64,000 nucleotides of DNA from Chiloscyllium plagiosum (lineage: Eukaryota). The notes beneath the pieces were generated by a model. The model worked only from the letters and a program-made list of their open reading frames with translations, ran no database searches and had not been told where the DNA came from. The translations under genes and the position numbers were made by a program. Location of the stretch: contig NC_057718.1 in assembly GCF_004010195.1 (NCBI RefSeq), forward strand, positions 47,823,803 to 47,887,802, written 5' to 3'. Within the stretch, counting starts at the first letter, position 1. Every line of letters starts with the position of its first letter. Positions 11,990 through 24,066 of the stretch are shown here, one piece after another.

Positions 11990-12747
11990 CTGAAAACATA
12001 AAATTCTAATTTAGCAAGGAGAAACCAGGTCAAGAAACAGACAAAGTTGTCACTGAAACCTCAGTACAACAGATGTTTAGGCAAATAAAACGTACATTTA
12101 ACTATAAAGAATAGCCAACAATATATTGTTTATTTTGCCCTGCCAAAATTAAAGTATTTCTGGACCATTTTGAGCTTCACATTCTTGGAGTGTGGACAAA
12201 AACAAGTTAAGAGGTGTAGGGTTTGGAGATACAGTATTCGTTTGGAGTCATTCTGGAATTTTACCAAGAACAGTATTGTGTATGGTGGGATGGGAGATTG
12301 CCATTTGTTATTTATAGTGTTTATAAACAGAACTGTTTTACTATTTATAATAACAGAAATCTCACCACTAATGCATACAGGTATATTTACATTAAGCAGG
12401 CCTGGGGATATGATGATATAACAAACACAACTTACATGAAATTAGAATCAACGTAATACTTTGTTTAATTTCAGAGGAAACACTTCTCTGCACTAATGTT
12501 TTAACACGGAGGTAGTGCTCCAAGATGTGGAGAATTTTAATGGACGATATGACTCCTTTGATTTGGAGAATGAAGAGAAAAATCAGGGAAGGCAAACATG
12601 TAAATGACTTTTTACTGGAATAATCATATATAAAGACATGTTTAGCAACTGATTCTGGATTGCTGGTCTATCGGCAGGAAATAAATAACTTTTCACCCCA
12701 TATTTTAAAAACCCAGGTGGCAGGTTCTCCCAATTTATTCAAACGTA

Positions 12748-12944
12748 CAGGTCAACTCCGGGTTGCAATGGGTTCCGTTCTGGCGTCTGTACACAAGTCC
12801 ATTCGCAAGATGGAACAGAATGCAGGCCAATATAAAGTAGCTGTTCCTATACACGGAAAATGTTTGTACGCCAGTCCTTTAAAATTACATCCCTCTATGA
12901 GATCACATTCCTAAGTTGGGATGTTTTTAATTCAGGGATCCTTG
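12748..12944. mobile_element. Degenerate Tc1/mariner (Tigger-like) MITE
   Basis: ta|CAGGTCAACTCCGGGTTGC start and imperfect inverted end aattcagggatccttg. Confidence 0.4.
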
Positions 12945-13014
12945 CATTCATTATGCAGCTGAACAAGTGTAATTTGTCGACTCTAGAATGAAAACTGATC
13001 AAGGTAATCCATAA

Positions 13015-13138
13015 AGTAAAACAAACAACTGCGAATGCTGGAAATCTAAAACAAAAACAGAAATTGCCAGAGAAAGTGGCAGCATCTGCAGAGAGAAAGC
13101 AGTGTCAACGTTACAGGAGCAGTAACCCTTCATCAGAT
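13015..13138 (-). mobile_element. PLE terminal fragment with mutated hammerhead motif
   Basis: Minus strand reads CTGATGAAGGG...CCTGTAACGTT (GAAA changed to GTAA), followed by the PLE tail. Confidence 0.6.
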
Positions 13139-13269
13139 AATTCATACAAATCAAAGAAATGATTGAGAAAGAGTACAGGGCACAATGGATTAAAAGTACT
13201 TCACACAAATGGTGTTATCACACGGTCCATATTACTCCCCTTATATTATAGCAATGAGATCGCCATATG

Positions 13270-13505
13270 AAAATAGGACTTGAGAGGAGAAGGAGGCCAT
13301 GTATTCTTCTGAGCCTGCTCCACCATTCAATAAGATCGTGCTTGATCTGGTGGTGGTCTCAGTTCCACTTTCCCGCTGGCACTCTTAACCTTCAACTATG
13401 ATGTTTATCAAAAATCTCATCAGCTTTGAGTAAATTAAGTTCCAGCCTCCATTTGAGAAAAAGAATTCTACGCACTAATGACTATCTAAAAAAAAACTCA
13501 TCTTG
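13270..13505 (-). mobile_element. CR1 3' end fragment
   Basis: ggaggccat...gagcctgctccaccattcaataagatc, typical CR1 3' UTR in reverse. Confidence 0.65.
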
Positions 13506-13944
13506 GATGCTATATCATATATTAGACTTGATTTGTCTCTGTAGCTTTAACGCTATATTCTGCATTCTGTTCTACTACCCTGATGCACTTACGTATGGTA
13601 TGATTGGTCTGGATAGCACATAATACTTTTCACTGTATCTCAGTCAATGGAACAATAATAAATCAAAGCAAATCATTTATATTTTTAAATTAGTTCAGGG
13701 TTTAACTGAAGCAGATGGAAAAATTACTTCCATGTACAGTGCTCCAATAATGACTAAACAAGAATCTATCATGGTGCCTATGAAGGATAGAATTGCATGA
13801 CTGACCCACTTATTGGAAATTTTGCATTTCAAAAGGAGGTGTCATTTTATAAATGAGTTATGTCGTTTCAATGATGTGAACAAGGTTTAGATACATTCAT
13901 TTAAAAAAAATCTAAGAAAGCAAGCAAACAAAATGTTGGCACAC

Positions 13945-14043
13945 CTCGACAAGTTGGGTCCTCCTTGTTACGGCATTCTGTATTGTACAGCCTGACTACA
14001 CCTTCTTCATTCACCACTGCAAGGACCTGATGCCACAGATCTG
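13945..14043 (-). CDS. DTL: DTL exon 3 (ADLWHQVLAVVNEEGVVRLYNTECRNKEDPTCR)
   Basis: 99 nt, phase 1-1; VLAV.NEEG.VRLYNTE motif; NAGNAG acceptor; donor GTGTGC. Confidence 0.92.
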
Positions 14044-14222
14044 CTGTAAAATAGTCATATTAAAAATCACCAGCATGCCAGCAATACCATCTCTAATTTT
14101 CACACAAGCCCTTTTGCATGGAAAGCGATACGAAGTCGCACAAATGAAGACGCACCGAGGTGATCTCCCAATTTAGTATTAACATACTGGAGTTAAAATT
14201 ACAACTGGATAGGTCAATTTAC

Positions 14223-14345
14223 CTGTCGACCACAAGCAGCCAAACGGAGGAACTGGTGCCCCATGGTCACCATATGAAGTGTGTTCATCCCATCGATTAC
14301 ATTGGTAATATTGCAGCAGAGTCTCTAACGAGTAGCTGTGAAACT
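14223..14345 (-). CDS. DTL: DTL exon 2 (EFHSYSLETLLQYYQCNRWDEHTSYGDHGAPVPPFGCLWST)
   Basis: ttag acceptor, GTAAAT donor; DEHTSYG..PVPPFGC motif. Confidence 0.93.
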
Positions 14346-15550
14346 CTAACATGAAAGATAAAATTATGCTGAAACTAATGGACAAGTAAGTTACAATAAA
14401 AATGTTTGGATAGCTGACTACAGTTTTTCTTTTGTATCATATATTCCACAATGCAAGTTTACAGAAATGTTTCTTTTCTGTGCAGACTAAAAAAATCCAA
14501 AGAGAAATTTCAAGATAAATCCTTTGAAGAGAAATCCATATTAATGGGATTTAATTTTTATTTGATTCATCATTTCATTCAAAGGACGGTCATTCATCAT
14601 TCTGAACGATATTCAGATATTTAATCACACATGAACCAGAAGGCATTCTAGCTAATCTCAACCACACTCCTCATCCGACATCCACACTGTTACTAGGGGT
14701 TGAAGTCAGGAAAAGCAACCTGGGTTGCTTCTCAACCTGAAACTGATTGCATCATCGTATACTACATCACCGTGAGAACAGTTAACGTGGAATCTTTCTG
14801 ATTTACGTAGCTCAATTCCAGGTGAAAACAACTGAAATACATTGCCCATGGAGGAACAGTGTTAAATTTCTGTCCAAATGATAAGTTGCACGATGGACTT
14901 CTGTACTAAATGCATTTCAAATTGATTGTTTTTCCCCAGCTTCATTTTCCACTGATATATATAAATTGTGAATTGAAAGGAGATTTCTGTAGGGCGAGCA
15001 ATAATTGTTGCGATTTAGATTTTTCAAAAAACGTCATTTTGTTAGTACCAAAAATATTTAACACCAAATAAATATTATTGTTCTCCCCTTCAAAACGCAT
15101 TCAACTACGGCCCTGATCCAACTCATTTAATAGCATAGTCAAATAACTCGATTCTAGTACTTTCACGTTAATACTTATCAGCCTACCAACATCTTAAGTG
15201 ACAACGACAGGGTGATGTATACTACAGACAGTCAGAAAATAGCTTTTCTCCTGCAAAGCTCGAATCAATTGAGACCAAAACGGCAAAAATAACACTGCAG
15301 TTATTTCACATCTGAATACAATTTGATACTTACCAGATCAATTTGCACTTCAGAAAACAAAACTTAGGGAACTTTCTATCTTTCAAAATGAATAGCATAC
15401 CCCATGAAAATTGAGATTAAATTTCGGCGAAATAGGACATTGACTGAAGTATTTTTATGAATAAACTTTAAACAAGCGATAGATCGGAACGATGATGTCT
15501 TTAAAGAAAGACTCACACAACCCTTATATAAAAATGGAATAACTTTTCAC

Positions 15551-15599
15551 CTCGCGTTTTGTTGCAAATTCTGCTGTTGAGCACAGAATGGAACAGCAT
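15551..15599 (-). CDS. DTL: DTL exon 1 (MLFHSVLNSRICNKTR)
   Basis: ATG at 15599-15597; donor G|GTGAAA; resembles the MLFNSVL start of DTL. Confidence 0.88.
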
Positions 15600-15793
15600 C
15601 TTGAACTTTCCAGTTACTGAATCAAACACAACTCCCGCGCTCAGTCCACTCTCAACCTCCCGCCAAATAGACGTCACACGCGCTGATTGGTGGTCAGGCG
15701 GAAGTGAGTCATCCTGCTGTCACCTCCGCTCGTGGTGCATTACTGGGAGAAGGCGGTTGGTTCGCTCGAGTTATCCGCGGTGGGTGTTTAATC
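15600..15793. promoter_or_regulatory. CpG-rich bidirectional DTL/INTS7 promoter and 5' UTRs
   Basis: 194 bp between divergent ATGs. Motifs: E2F (TTTGGCGGGAG, minus, 15657-15667), CRE-like GACGTCA 15670-15676, CCAAT box (minus, 15683-15690), ETS/GABP GCGGAAGTG 15698-15706, AP-1 TGAGTCA 15705-15711. Confidence 0.85.
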
Positions 15794-15887
15794 ATGGCGC
15801 TAGCGGCATCTCGGCCATTCCTGTCGGAAGGTGGTTATGGAGAGCAGGAAATGGACGCCAACTCTGCTCTGATGGAGCTGGATAAAG
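15794..15887 (+). CDS. INTS7: INTS7 exon 1
   Basis: ATG in context atcATGG; GYGEQEMDANSALMELDK; donor AAG|GTGCTC. Confidence 0.93.
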
Positions 15888-16191
15888 GTGCTCGTACCTA
15901 TCGGGCGCAGCTTGGCCGCTGCCGCTCTCTCGCCCTTCTGTTTTCTCGGATTTAACAAACTGGTGAAACATTTTCCAAACTGCCTTTAAAAAGTCCACCG
16001 GGATATCTGGGGCTATCTCTGAGCAGAAGCTATGTTTTGGTTTTCTTATTACCTAATTGGCACTCTCCAAACATTTAAAAGTGGAGGTCTGTGCAACCGG
16101 GTCTAAACTCTTGCGTCTGAGCATTAGATGTTGACGGATGCGAGTTGATTGTTATTTTCAGAAAAGTGGCATGTTATAATCCTATTCTCGG

Positions 16192-16494
16192 TTAGATTAG
16201 ATCCGCTACAGTGTGGAAACAGGCCCTTCGGCCCAACAAGTCCACACCGACCCTCCGAAGAGCAATCCACCCAAACCCATTCCCCTACATTCACCCCTGA
16301 CTAATGTACCTAACACTATGGTCAATTCACCTGACCTGCACATTTTTGGATTGTGGGAGGAAACCAGAGCACCCGGAGGAAACCCACGCAGACACAGGAA
16401 GAATATGCAAACTCAGCACAGACAGTTACCTGAGGTGGGAATTGAACCTGGGTCCCTGGCACTGTGAGGCAGCAGTGCTAACTACAGAGCCACC
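16192..16494 (-). mobile_element. HE1-type SINE
   Basis: Same family as 3610-3908; (agatt)n end. Confidence 0.85.
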
Positions 16495-16896
16495 CCCAGG
16501 GCTGAAACTCACTTTAGTTAGTTTTAAACAAATCTCGAGTTTCGTCAGTTCGAAAATAACATTTTTCTGAGCAGTTTGAATCGCTTATAAAGTGAGAGGC
16601 AATTTGACAAATCTGTATTCTGTACTTACCTTTTATTTAAGTTTGTCAAGTTTTTGCCCTGGTAAAAATACCGTTGAAATAGTTAATCACTGGTCATAAG
16701 TCAGTAACCTGGTGATCGAGAATTCTTAATCATGTTGAAGTTTGCTGTAGAGAACGAGCAAAGATAAAACAAAAAAAAGCACAATTTGAAGTGGTAAGTT
16801 GAGCAACATTGGCATATTGCAAATGTCTGGGCATTCGAGCAACATATAAAACGGCCTTATTTTTACATTTCTCCCTGCTGTAAGCTCATAAGTCAT

Positions 16897-17099
16897 TTCA
16901 AAAAGTGTGGCCCTGGAAAAACACAGCCCATCAGGCAGCATCCGAGGAGCAGGAGAGTTGACATTTCAAGCGTAAGCCCCTTCCTGATGAAGGGCTTAAA
17001 ATGTTGACTCTCCTGCTCCTCGGATGCTGCCTGACCTGCTGTGCTTTTCTAGCACCACACATTTTGACTCTGATCTCCAGCATCTACATTCCTCACTTT
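16897..17099 (+). mobile_element. Fold-back PLE-derived mini-element
   Basis: ~65-bp inverted arms around a truncated hammerhead motif; 12-bp TSD CTCATAARTCAT at 16885-16896 and 17100-17111. Confidence 0.75.
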
Positions 17100-18100
17100 C
17101 TCATAAATCATATCAGTCTATCTCCCTTGCTTCCAGTCCAGAGTTGCTTTTTACTTAATTACTCCCCATGCATGTTCACAGAGGTACTGCCTTTCTCCTT
17201 CCTCATTTAAAGAGTTTTTTTTTGGTGTTTCATTTGACAAAGTTTTTCTCATCAAAATCCATCTGATTTACAAAGGCTATTTTCCACTGAACTGATTCAT
17301 GGATGAATATTTTCTTTATGAAGGATTCATTGCCACACTTGACAACTTGCTAATACTCCCGAGTCACTGAGATTTCCACTTGTCTGGAAGTAAATTTCCA
17401 TCAACTGAGAATTTGTATTCTGAGATTGGTACAGAGTCTAATAGCTTGAGCAAATCAGCACTATCACGAAAAAAAATCCCAAAAGTGGTGGTGTGAAACA
17501 CATTAGACCATCGTGGATAACTGAGGATAGAATTTTATGGAGTAAACTTAAGCATAGAATTTCATTCCTACAATCTGGATATGGGTTGGAATCACCGTTT
17601 GAGAAACCTACCTATTGGGATTGTCTTATTAAATGCTTTGTTTCTTGAAACTAATTTTGGAAAGTACATTGCAACAAAATTTTTTAAATGTTAGGAACGT
17701 AACGTGAAACCATAAAGTAGCAGTCCATTCCAAGGTGGTTTCCTATGTTGGATGGTGTTGGGATATGTAGCCTTCTCGTTTTGAAAAATCAGTGACATAG
17801 TCTAACATGGTTTGGGTATTGGAATGAAGCATAAGAGAAGAGTTTTGACTACGTAGGAATATCTCAAAAACAGCCAGGAGTGCAGGTCAGAATTATTTGT
17901 AAATAAAACATATAATGCAGGGTAATGATCCTGTTACACGCAAAGTTTTGTATTTTACCTTAAGACTTAAACATTTAAAAATATGAAACTGTGATAGAGA
18001 AATTTTCTGAATTGTTGTGTACATTAAATTATCTAAATCTTTGAACAGTTTTATGGTGAGTTCAAGTACCAATTGCAATGTTTTTATCCTATTTCTCAAG

Positions 18101-18230
18101 GTCTGAGATCAGGGAAACTTGGTGAGCAATGTGAGGCAGTTGTTCGTTTCCCTAGGTTGTTTCAGAAGTACCCATTTCCAATTCTTATAAACTCTGCTTT
18201 TTTGAAGCTTGCAGACATCTTCAGGGTTGG
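18101..18230 (+). CDS. INTS7: INTS7 exon 2
   Basis: GLRSGKLGEQCEAVVRFPRLFQKYPFPILINSAFLKLADIFRVG; GTAAGT donor. Confidence 0.96.
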
Positions 18231-18330
18231 GTAAGTATCAACATCTCTTGAAAGAATGTTCGAACAATAAATTTTACGTAGTTAAATCACATTTATTATA
18301 AAAACTAACTTCAGTATTTCCCTCTATTAG

Positions 18331-18477
18331 AAACAACTTTTTGAGGATGTGTGTGTTGAAAGTCACTCAGCAGAGTGAAAAGCACTTGGAGAAAATCTTG
18401 AATGTTGATGAATTTGTGAAGAGAGTCTTCTCGGTCATCCACAGCAATGATCCAGTAGCTAGAGCCATCACTCTCCG
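18331..18477 (+). CDS. INTS7: INTS7 exon 3
   Basis: NNFLRMCVLKVTQQSEKHLEKILNVDEFVKRVFSVIHSNDPVARAITLR; GTAAGC donor. Confidence 0.96.
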
Positions 18478-18486
18478 GTAAGCAAA

Positions 18487-18959
18487 ATTTCCAGGAATGA
18501 AAAGCTTAACATATGAAGAACTTTGAGGGCTCTGGGTTTATACTTGATGGAGTTAGAAGGATGAGGGAGAATCTAATTGAAACATATAGAACACTGAATG
18601 TCCTGGACAAAGTACATGTTGGGAAGATGTTTACAATGGTAGGAGAGTCTAGGACCCAAGGGCATAGCCTTAGAATAAAGTGAAGACCTTTTAGAATAAA
18701 GATAAGGAGAAACTTCTTCAGCCAGAGAATGGTGAATCTATGGAATTCATTGCCACAGAAGATGTGGAGACCAGGTCATTGAGTATATTTAAGACTGAGA
18801 TAGATAGGTTCTTGATTAGTGGTGCTGGAAAAGAACAGCAGTTCAGGCAGCATTCGAGGAAAGCAGGAAATAGGGTTGAGAAACTTATCAGCCATGATTG
18901 AATGACGGAGCAGACTGGAGGGCTGAATGGCCTGATCTCTGCTCTAATGTCTTATGGTC
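18487..18959 (+). mobile_element. CR1 3' end immediately after the INTS7 exon 3 donor
   Basis: RMRENLIETYR..FFSQRMVNLWNSLP-like remnants and CR1 3' UTR. Confidence 0.8.
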
Positions 18960-19546
18960 AAGCTTTAAGGAACATCTCCAGGACACCTGCACCAATCAAC
19001 CACACCGCCCTGTGGCCCAACATTTCAACTCCCCCTCCCACTCTGCCAAGGACATGGAGGTCCTGGACCTCCTTCACCACCGCTCCCTCACCACCAGACG
19101 CCTGGAGGAAGAACGCCTCATCTTCCGCCTCGGAACACTTCAACCCCAGGGCATCAATGTGGACTTCAACAGTTTCCTCATTTCCCCTTCCCCCACCTCA
19201 CCCCAGTTCCAAACTTCCAGCTCAGCACTGTCCCCATGACTTGTCAGGAGTTGTCCTACCTGCCTATCTCCTTTTCCACCTATCCACTCCACCCTCTCCT
19301 CCCTGACCTATCACCTTCATCCCCTCCCCCACTCACCTATTGTACTCTATGCTACTTTCTCCCCACCCCCACCCTCCTCTAGCTTATCTCTCCACACTTC
19401 AGGCGCTCTGCCTTTATTCCTGATGAAGGGCTTTTGCCCGAAACATCGATTTTACTACTCCTCGGATGCTGCCTGAACTGCTGTGCTCTTCCAGTACCAC
19501 TAATCCAGAATCTGGTTTCCAGCATCTGCAGTCATTGTTTTTACCT
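18960..19546 (+). mobile_element. Penelope-like element 3' part: GIY-YIG C-terminus, C-rich UTR and hammerhead-bearing terminus
   Basis: FKEHLQD..PVAQHFNSPSHS...EEERLIFRLGTLQPQGIN; CTGATGA-AGGGC-TTTT-GCCC-GAAAC at 19420-19444. Confidence 0.8.
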
Positions 19547-19871
19547 AAAGCATACTGTGCCTTGTAGTGAATTGACATATATCTAGCCAAAATAAATAAA
19601 ACAAATTTGTACAAACTATGCAGTTTACTACACAAATCACATTGTCTGCTGTAACTGTCAAGCAATCAAAGTTTTTCCCGGGTTGACATGAACATTGCAA
19701 CCTATAGAAGCATTTTGTGACTTTTAACTTGGTACAGTCTCCATGATAGATTCCCACTTTGTGGGCTTAGAAGGAAACTGTTGTTTATTTTCATGTGTGT
19801 TTATATATATAATCAACCTTTGTGCACCTAACCAAAGAAAATGAGAGTCACAAGATTGTATCATTTTGCAG

Positions 19872-20009
19872 AATGCTGGGAAGTATGGCTTCGATTATTC
19901 CTGACCGAAAAAATGCTCATCACAGCATTCGGCAAAGTCTAGATTCACATGATAATATTGAAGTAGAAGCTGCCATTTTTGCTGCTGCCCATTTTTCTGC
20001 ACAATCCAA
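19872..20009 (+). CDS. INTS7: INTS7 exon 4
   Basis: MLGSMASIIPDRKNAHHSIRQSLDSHDNIEVEAAIFAAAHFSAQSK; GTAAGT donor. Confidence 0.96.
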
Positions 20010-20439
20010 GTAAGTGCCGCTTTGAATGATATTTATTCCTGCCTCAAAGGTGATGTTCGAACGTAGTTACATCTTAATCCAGATTTTGGGTGAGACGCAA
20101 GACCGTGTATGTTGATTGATATATTAGTTTGTATATTTATGTTTGTGTGATTATTACAATAACAAAACTGCTATATGCTTTGTGTCCCATAAAACACTAC
20201 AGATAATATTTGTCAATAGTTGCTATGATGTAGCAGTCTAATCGAGAGTGAATTGCTATTAGTTTTGTTTACAGCAGGTGTAATCTGCAAGTGTTGAACT
20301 AGGCATCCTTCTACTGTTGCAAAATTAGTGGTCTAATTTAATAAGAGTTGGATAGGGGATGAAGTAATAGAGAAGAGTAATAAGGTCCATAGAGATCTGG
20401 GAGAGTAAAACTAAAATATGCTTCACAAATATGAGTGGT

Positions 20440-21590
20440 CAGTGTAGAGAAATGTGTAACGAAATAAGATCTGTTTGAAATGTAAGTGTTTAAATACCCG
20501 GAGACTGGTAACTATAGTTGAATAAGGTAAACTTCAGGCAAAAGTTCCCTCACAGAACTATAATTAAATGACAGTAATAGAGACATAACTCAAACAAGGG
20601 GATTAAAGGGGTCTTGAACATGCCTTTCTACAAAGTATCCAGTAAAGAATGGGGTAAGGAGTCAGTTGGTATTGAGTAAAGTTCCTGGTGCAGGATTTGT
20701 TTAATGTTTCAAAGTTTGATTCTATTTGGATAGTATTAAGGAATCTTGGAGGAATAATTGCATTGCTGGACATAGGTCCAAAACAATGGAAAGTACATAA
20801 TTCAGGAATATGCTTTGTGAGACCTCAATTACCATAACACAGATTGGAAAATAACTTTATAAAGAAGAGGAGGAATTGCTGAGATTTGTGCAGGGGGATT
20901 TTCTTGATCAGCATGTTTCCAGTCAGTGAAGAAGAAGCAGTGATGTTTCTGGGAGATAAAGTGGGGCCGACAGAGCATTGTTTGAAACATTTGGAAAACA
21001 TTGATCACAGCATGATTGTGGCATAAGACAGAAAATTAAATGTAAAAAGATCCCATCATATGAGGCCTAATTTAAGTGAGTTGGGAAATTGGCCTGGGTG
21101 AATGGGAAGTGTAGATTGGGAGTTGAAACAATAAGTTACGGAAGAAGATGCTCCCAAGAGGCAATTTGGGTACAGACTTGACAGTGTCAAAAGAAGGACA
21201 GCTGAAGGCAGGAATTCTGAACAAGGGTCACTGGACCCAAAACATTAACTCTGATTTCTCTCGACAGATGTTGTTAGACCTACTGGGTTGTTCCAGCAAT
21301 TTCTGTTTTTGTTTTTGCATTAAAGATGGAGTCCTCTGGGTGACTAAGTATATAGCAATTAGAATGAAACTGAAGGCTGAAGAGATTGGGGAGACACTGA
21401 ATGAATACTTTTTGTCAGTATTCACTCAGGAACAGGACATTGTTGCCGATGTGAATACTGAGTCACAATTAAGTAGAATGAATGGCTTTGAGGTATGTAG
21501 GGAAGAGGTGTTGGAAATTCTGGAAAGGGTGAAAACAGATAAGTCCCCTGGGCCTGATGGCATTTATCCTAGGATTCTCTGGGAAGCAAC
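20440..21590 (+). mobile_element. Degenerate CR1 ORF2 pieces, with a PLE tail at ~21215-21320
   Basis: LNEYFLSVFT...KSPGPDGIYPRILWE; decayed endonuclease region upstream. Confidence 0.7.
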
Positions 21591-21619
21591 TAGAAGTTGT
21601 AGGACTTTTTGCTATACTT

Positions 21620-22000
21620 TCAATGCTCAGTGGTAGTATTCATACCTTTGAATTTGATGGTTCATGTTTCAAATCTTCCTCTAGAGTTTTAATCACATAA
21701 TTTAGGCTGAAATCCTAGCACAGTCTAATGGATTGCTACATTGGCAGATGTATTGGTCCTCAGATGCTGAACTAAAGCCCTGGCTGCCCTCTTAGGTGAA
21801 CAAAAATGATCTCACAATGTTCTTTACCTACGAGCAATGGACCTCTCCAGGCCAATACTTATTAAAACAGATAAAATGGAGTTAGTAGATACTAGTGGCT
21901 TTTCATCTTATGCTGTATCTGGATGCATTGCAACAGTGACTTGACTTGGGAAGTAAGTGGCTGTGAAGCACTTTGGAACAACTTGATATCATGAAAGAGA
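21620..22000 (+). mobile_element. Degenerate Deu-domain SINE
   Basis: tRNA-like head gctcagtggtag, ctgccctcttaggtgaa core, tgtgaagcactttgg tail. Confidence 0.5.
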
Positions 22001-22107
22001 ATAAGGCACTTGTTCATTGTGCATTGTGTTGGATGTTAAAAAGCTACATAGAAGGAGTAAGGTTAAAACAGCACATGCTTCACTTTAGTAGGGCAGGTGA
22101 ACAGAGA

Positions 22108-22296
22108 TAAGGATTAGAGTGGTGCTGGAAAAGCACAGCAGGTCAGGCAGCATCCAAGGAGCAGGAAAATCAACATCATCTCCTGCCTGAAACATCAATT
22201 TTCCTGCTCCTCAGATGCTGCCTGACCTGCTGTGCTTTTCCAGCACCACTCTAACCTTGACTCTGATCTCCAACATCTGCAGTCCTCACTTTTGCC
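22108..22296 (+). mobile_element. Fold-back PLE-derived mini-element
   Basis: ~60-bp near-perfect inverted arms; 14-bp TSD CAGGTGAACAGAGA at 22094-22107 and 22297-22310. Confidence 0.8.
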
Positions 22297-22328
22297 CAGG
22301 TGAACAGAGAGTCAACGTTATGAGTGGA

Positions 22329-23068
22329 AATAAGAGTAACAAAAAGATGGGGTACTGGGCTAATGGTCGGTTACTTGGTAGTGTGGATGAGCAGAGGGAT
22401 CTTGGTGTCCATGTACACAGATCTCTGGAAGTTGCCACCCAGGTAAATAGTGTGGTGAAGAAGGTATATGGCGTACTGGCTTTTATTGGTAGAGGAATTG
22501 AGTTCCGGAGCCCTTAGGTCATGTTGCAGTTGTATAAGACTCTGGTGCTGCCGCATCTGGAGTATTGTGTGCAGTTTTGGTCGGCATACTATAGGAAGGA
22601 TGTGGAGGCACTGGAACGTGTGCAGAGGAGGTTTACCAGGATGTTGCCTGGTATGGTAGGAAGATCGTATTAGGAAAGGCTGAGGCACTTGGGGTTGTTT
22701 TCATTATAGAAAAGAAGGTTTAGGGGTGACTTGATAGAGATGTACAAGATGATTAGGGGTTTAGATAGGGTTGACCGTGAGAACCTTTTTCCACGTATGG
22801 AGTCAGCTATTACGAGGGGGCATAGCTTTAAATTAAGGGGTGGTAGGTATAGGACAGATGTTAGGGGTAGGTTCTTTACTCAGCAAGTCGTGAGTTCATG
22901 GAATGCCCTGCCAGTAGCAGTGGTGGACTCTCCCTCTTTATGGGCATTTAAGCGGGCATTGGATAGGCATATGGAGGATAGTGGGCTAGTGTAGGTTAGG
23001 TGGACTTGGATCGGCGCAACATCGAGGGCCACAGGGCCTGTACTGCGCTGTATTCTTCTATGTTCTAT
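22329..23068 (+). mobile_element. CR1 LINE 3' fragment
   Basis: QRDLGVHVHRSL...TRGHSFKLRGGRYRTDVRGRFFTQ; (ctatgtt) tail. Confidence 0.88.
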
Positions 23069-23509
23069 AATAAGTGTCTGGCTCAAATTACAGTAGAGAA
23101 CCAAGCTAAACGTAAAATTGAGAAAGGAACAAGACACAAGAGCAGCAAACGAAGTGAATGAGAGATTTGTTGGTAACAGAAAAAGGAACCCAAGCATGCC
23201 TTATAAATGTCTGAAGAGAAAAGGGTTATCAAAGAAGAGGTTGGATCAGTTAGGAATGAAAAATCATCTTGGCAAGGCCAAAGTGCTTTGCTTAGTTATG
23301 AAATAAATGATCCTTATGTGATTTCATTATAGAAGAAGTATTTGCAAATATGACAAGAAATAAGAGCAATTGGTTCAGTTAGAAATGAAGAGTTGCTTCC
23401 AGATTTGTCATTGCTCAAAGTCAAATGAATTATATTCTTTACAGTTTAAGAAAAAATAAAGATGGGAGAAGTGTCATCAATGACTACAATCTCTAATTTT
23501 TCATAGATA

Positions 23510-23724
23510 CAGGTAGTTCTTCAATAACGTGATGATTGTGTTCTTGTGCAACCCTGCATTATTTAAAAATTGCTCTTTAGAAACATTGCTTAAAGTGTTG
23601 ATGATGTAATCGCATTACAGCCAATACGCGTTTTAAAGTTTGCACTTCAGAAAGTGTCCCAATTTGTCAATCATGTTACAGCGAATTTGCATTAACGAAA
23701 CAAGTTTTATAGCAGAACAACCCG
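23510..23724. mobile_element. Tc1/mariner-type MITE
   Basis: TA flanks at both ends; imperfect TIRs CAGGTAGTTCTTCAATAAC / GTTTTATAGCAGAACAACCCG. Confidence 0.7.
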
Positions 23725-23759
23725 TATATGAACAGTGTCCAGGGATTGGAAGAATTCAA

Positions 23760-24066
23760 GGCGGCACGGTGACACAGTGAATAGCACTGCTGCCTCACAG
23801 CATCAGAGACCCGGGTTCAATTCCCACCTCAGCCGACTGTCTCTGTGGAGTTTGCACATTCTCCCCATGTCTGCGTGGGTTTCCTCCGGGTGCTCCGGTT
23901 TCTTCCCACAGTCCAAAAGTGTACAGGTTAGGTGAATTGGCCATGCTAAATTACCCGTAGTATTAGGTGAAGGCGTAAATGGGTCTGGGTGGGTTGCTCT
24001 TTGGAGGGTCGGTGTGAGCTTGTTGGGCTGAAGGGCCTGTTTCCACACTATAAGTAATCTAATCTA
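23760..24066 (+). mobile_element. HE1-type SINE
   Basis: B box GGTTCAATTCC; (taatc)n tail. Confidence 0.87.

Larger units (their letters stand above)
1202..15599 (-). other. DTL: DTL (denticleless/CDT2, CRL4 substrate receptor) gene span, coding exons 1-12; 3' part lies left of the window
   Basis: 12 exons splice into a 1122-nt open frame beginning MLFHSVLN, with WD40/DWD motifs WDVK, WDTR and WDLR; it resembles the N-terminal half of vertebrate DTL as I recall it. Confidence 0.96.

Noticed and set aside
15559..15998. Overlapping ORFs across the promoter (108, 83 and 68 aa)
   Set aside because: Explained by stop-poor GC-rich sequence; only the portion from ATG 15794 to 15887 matches INTS7.
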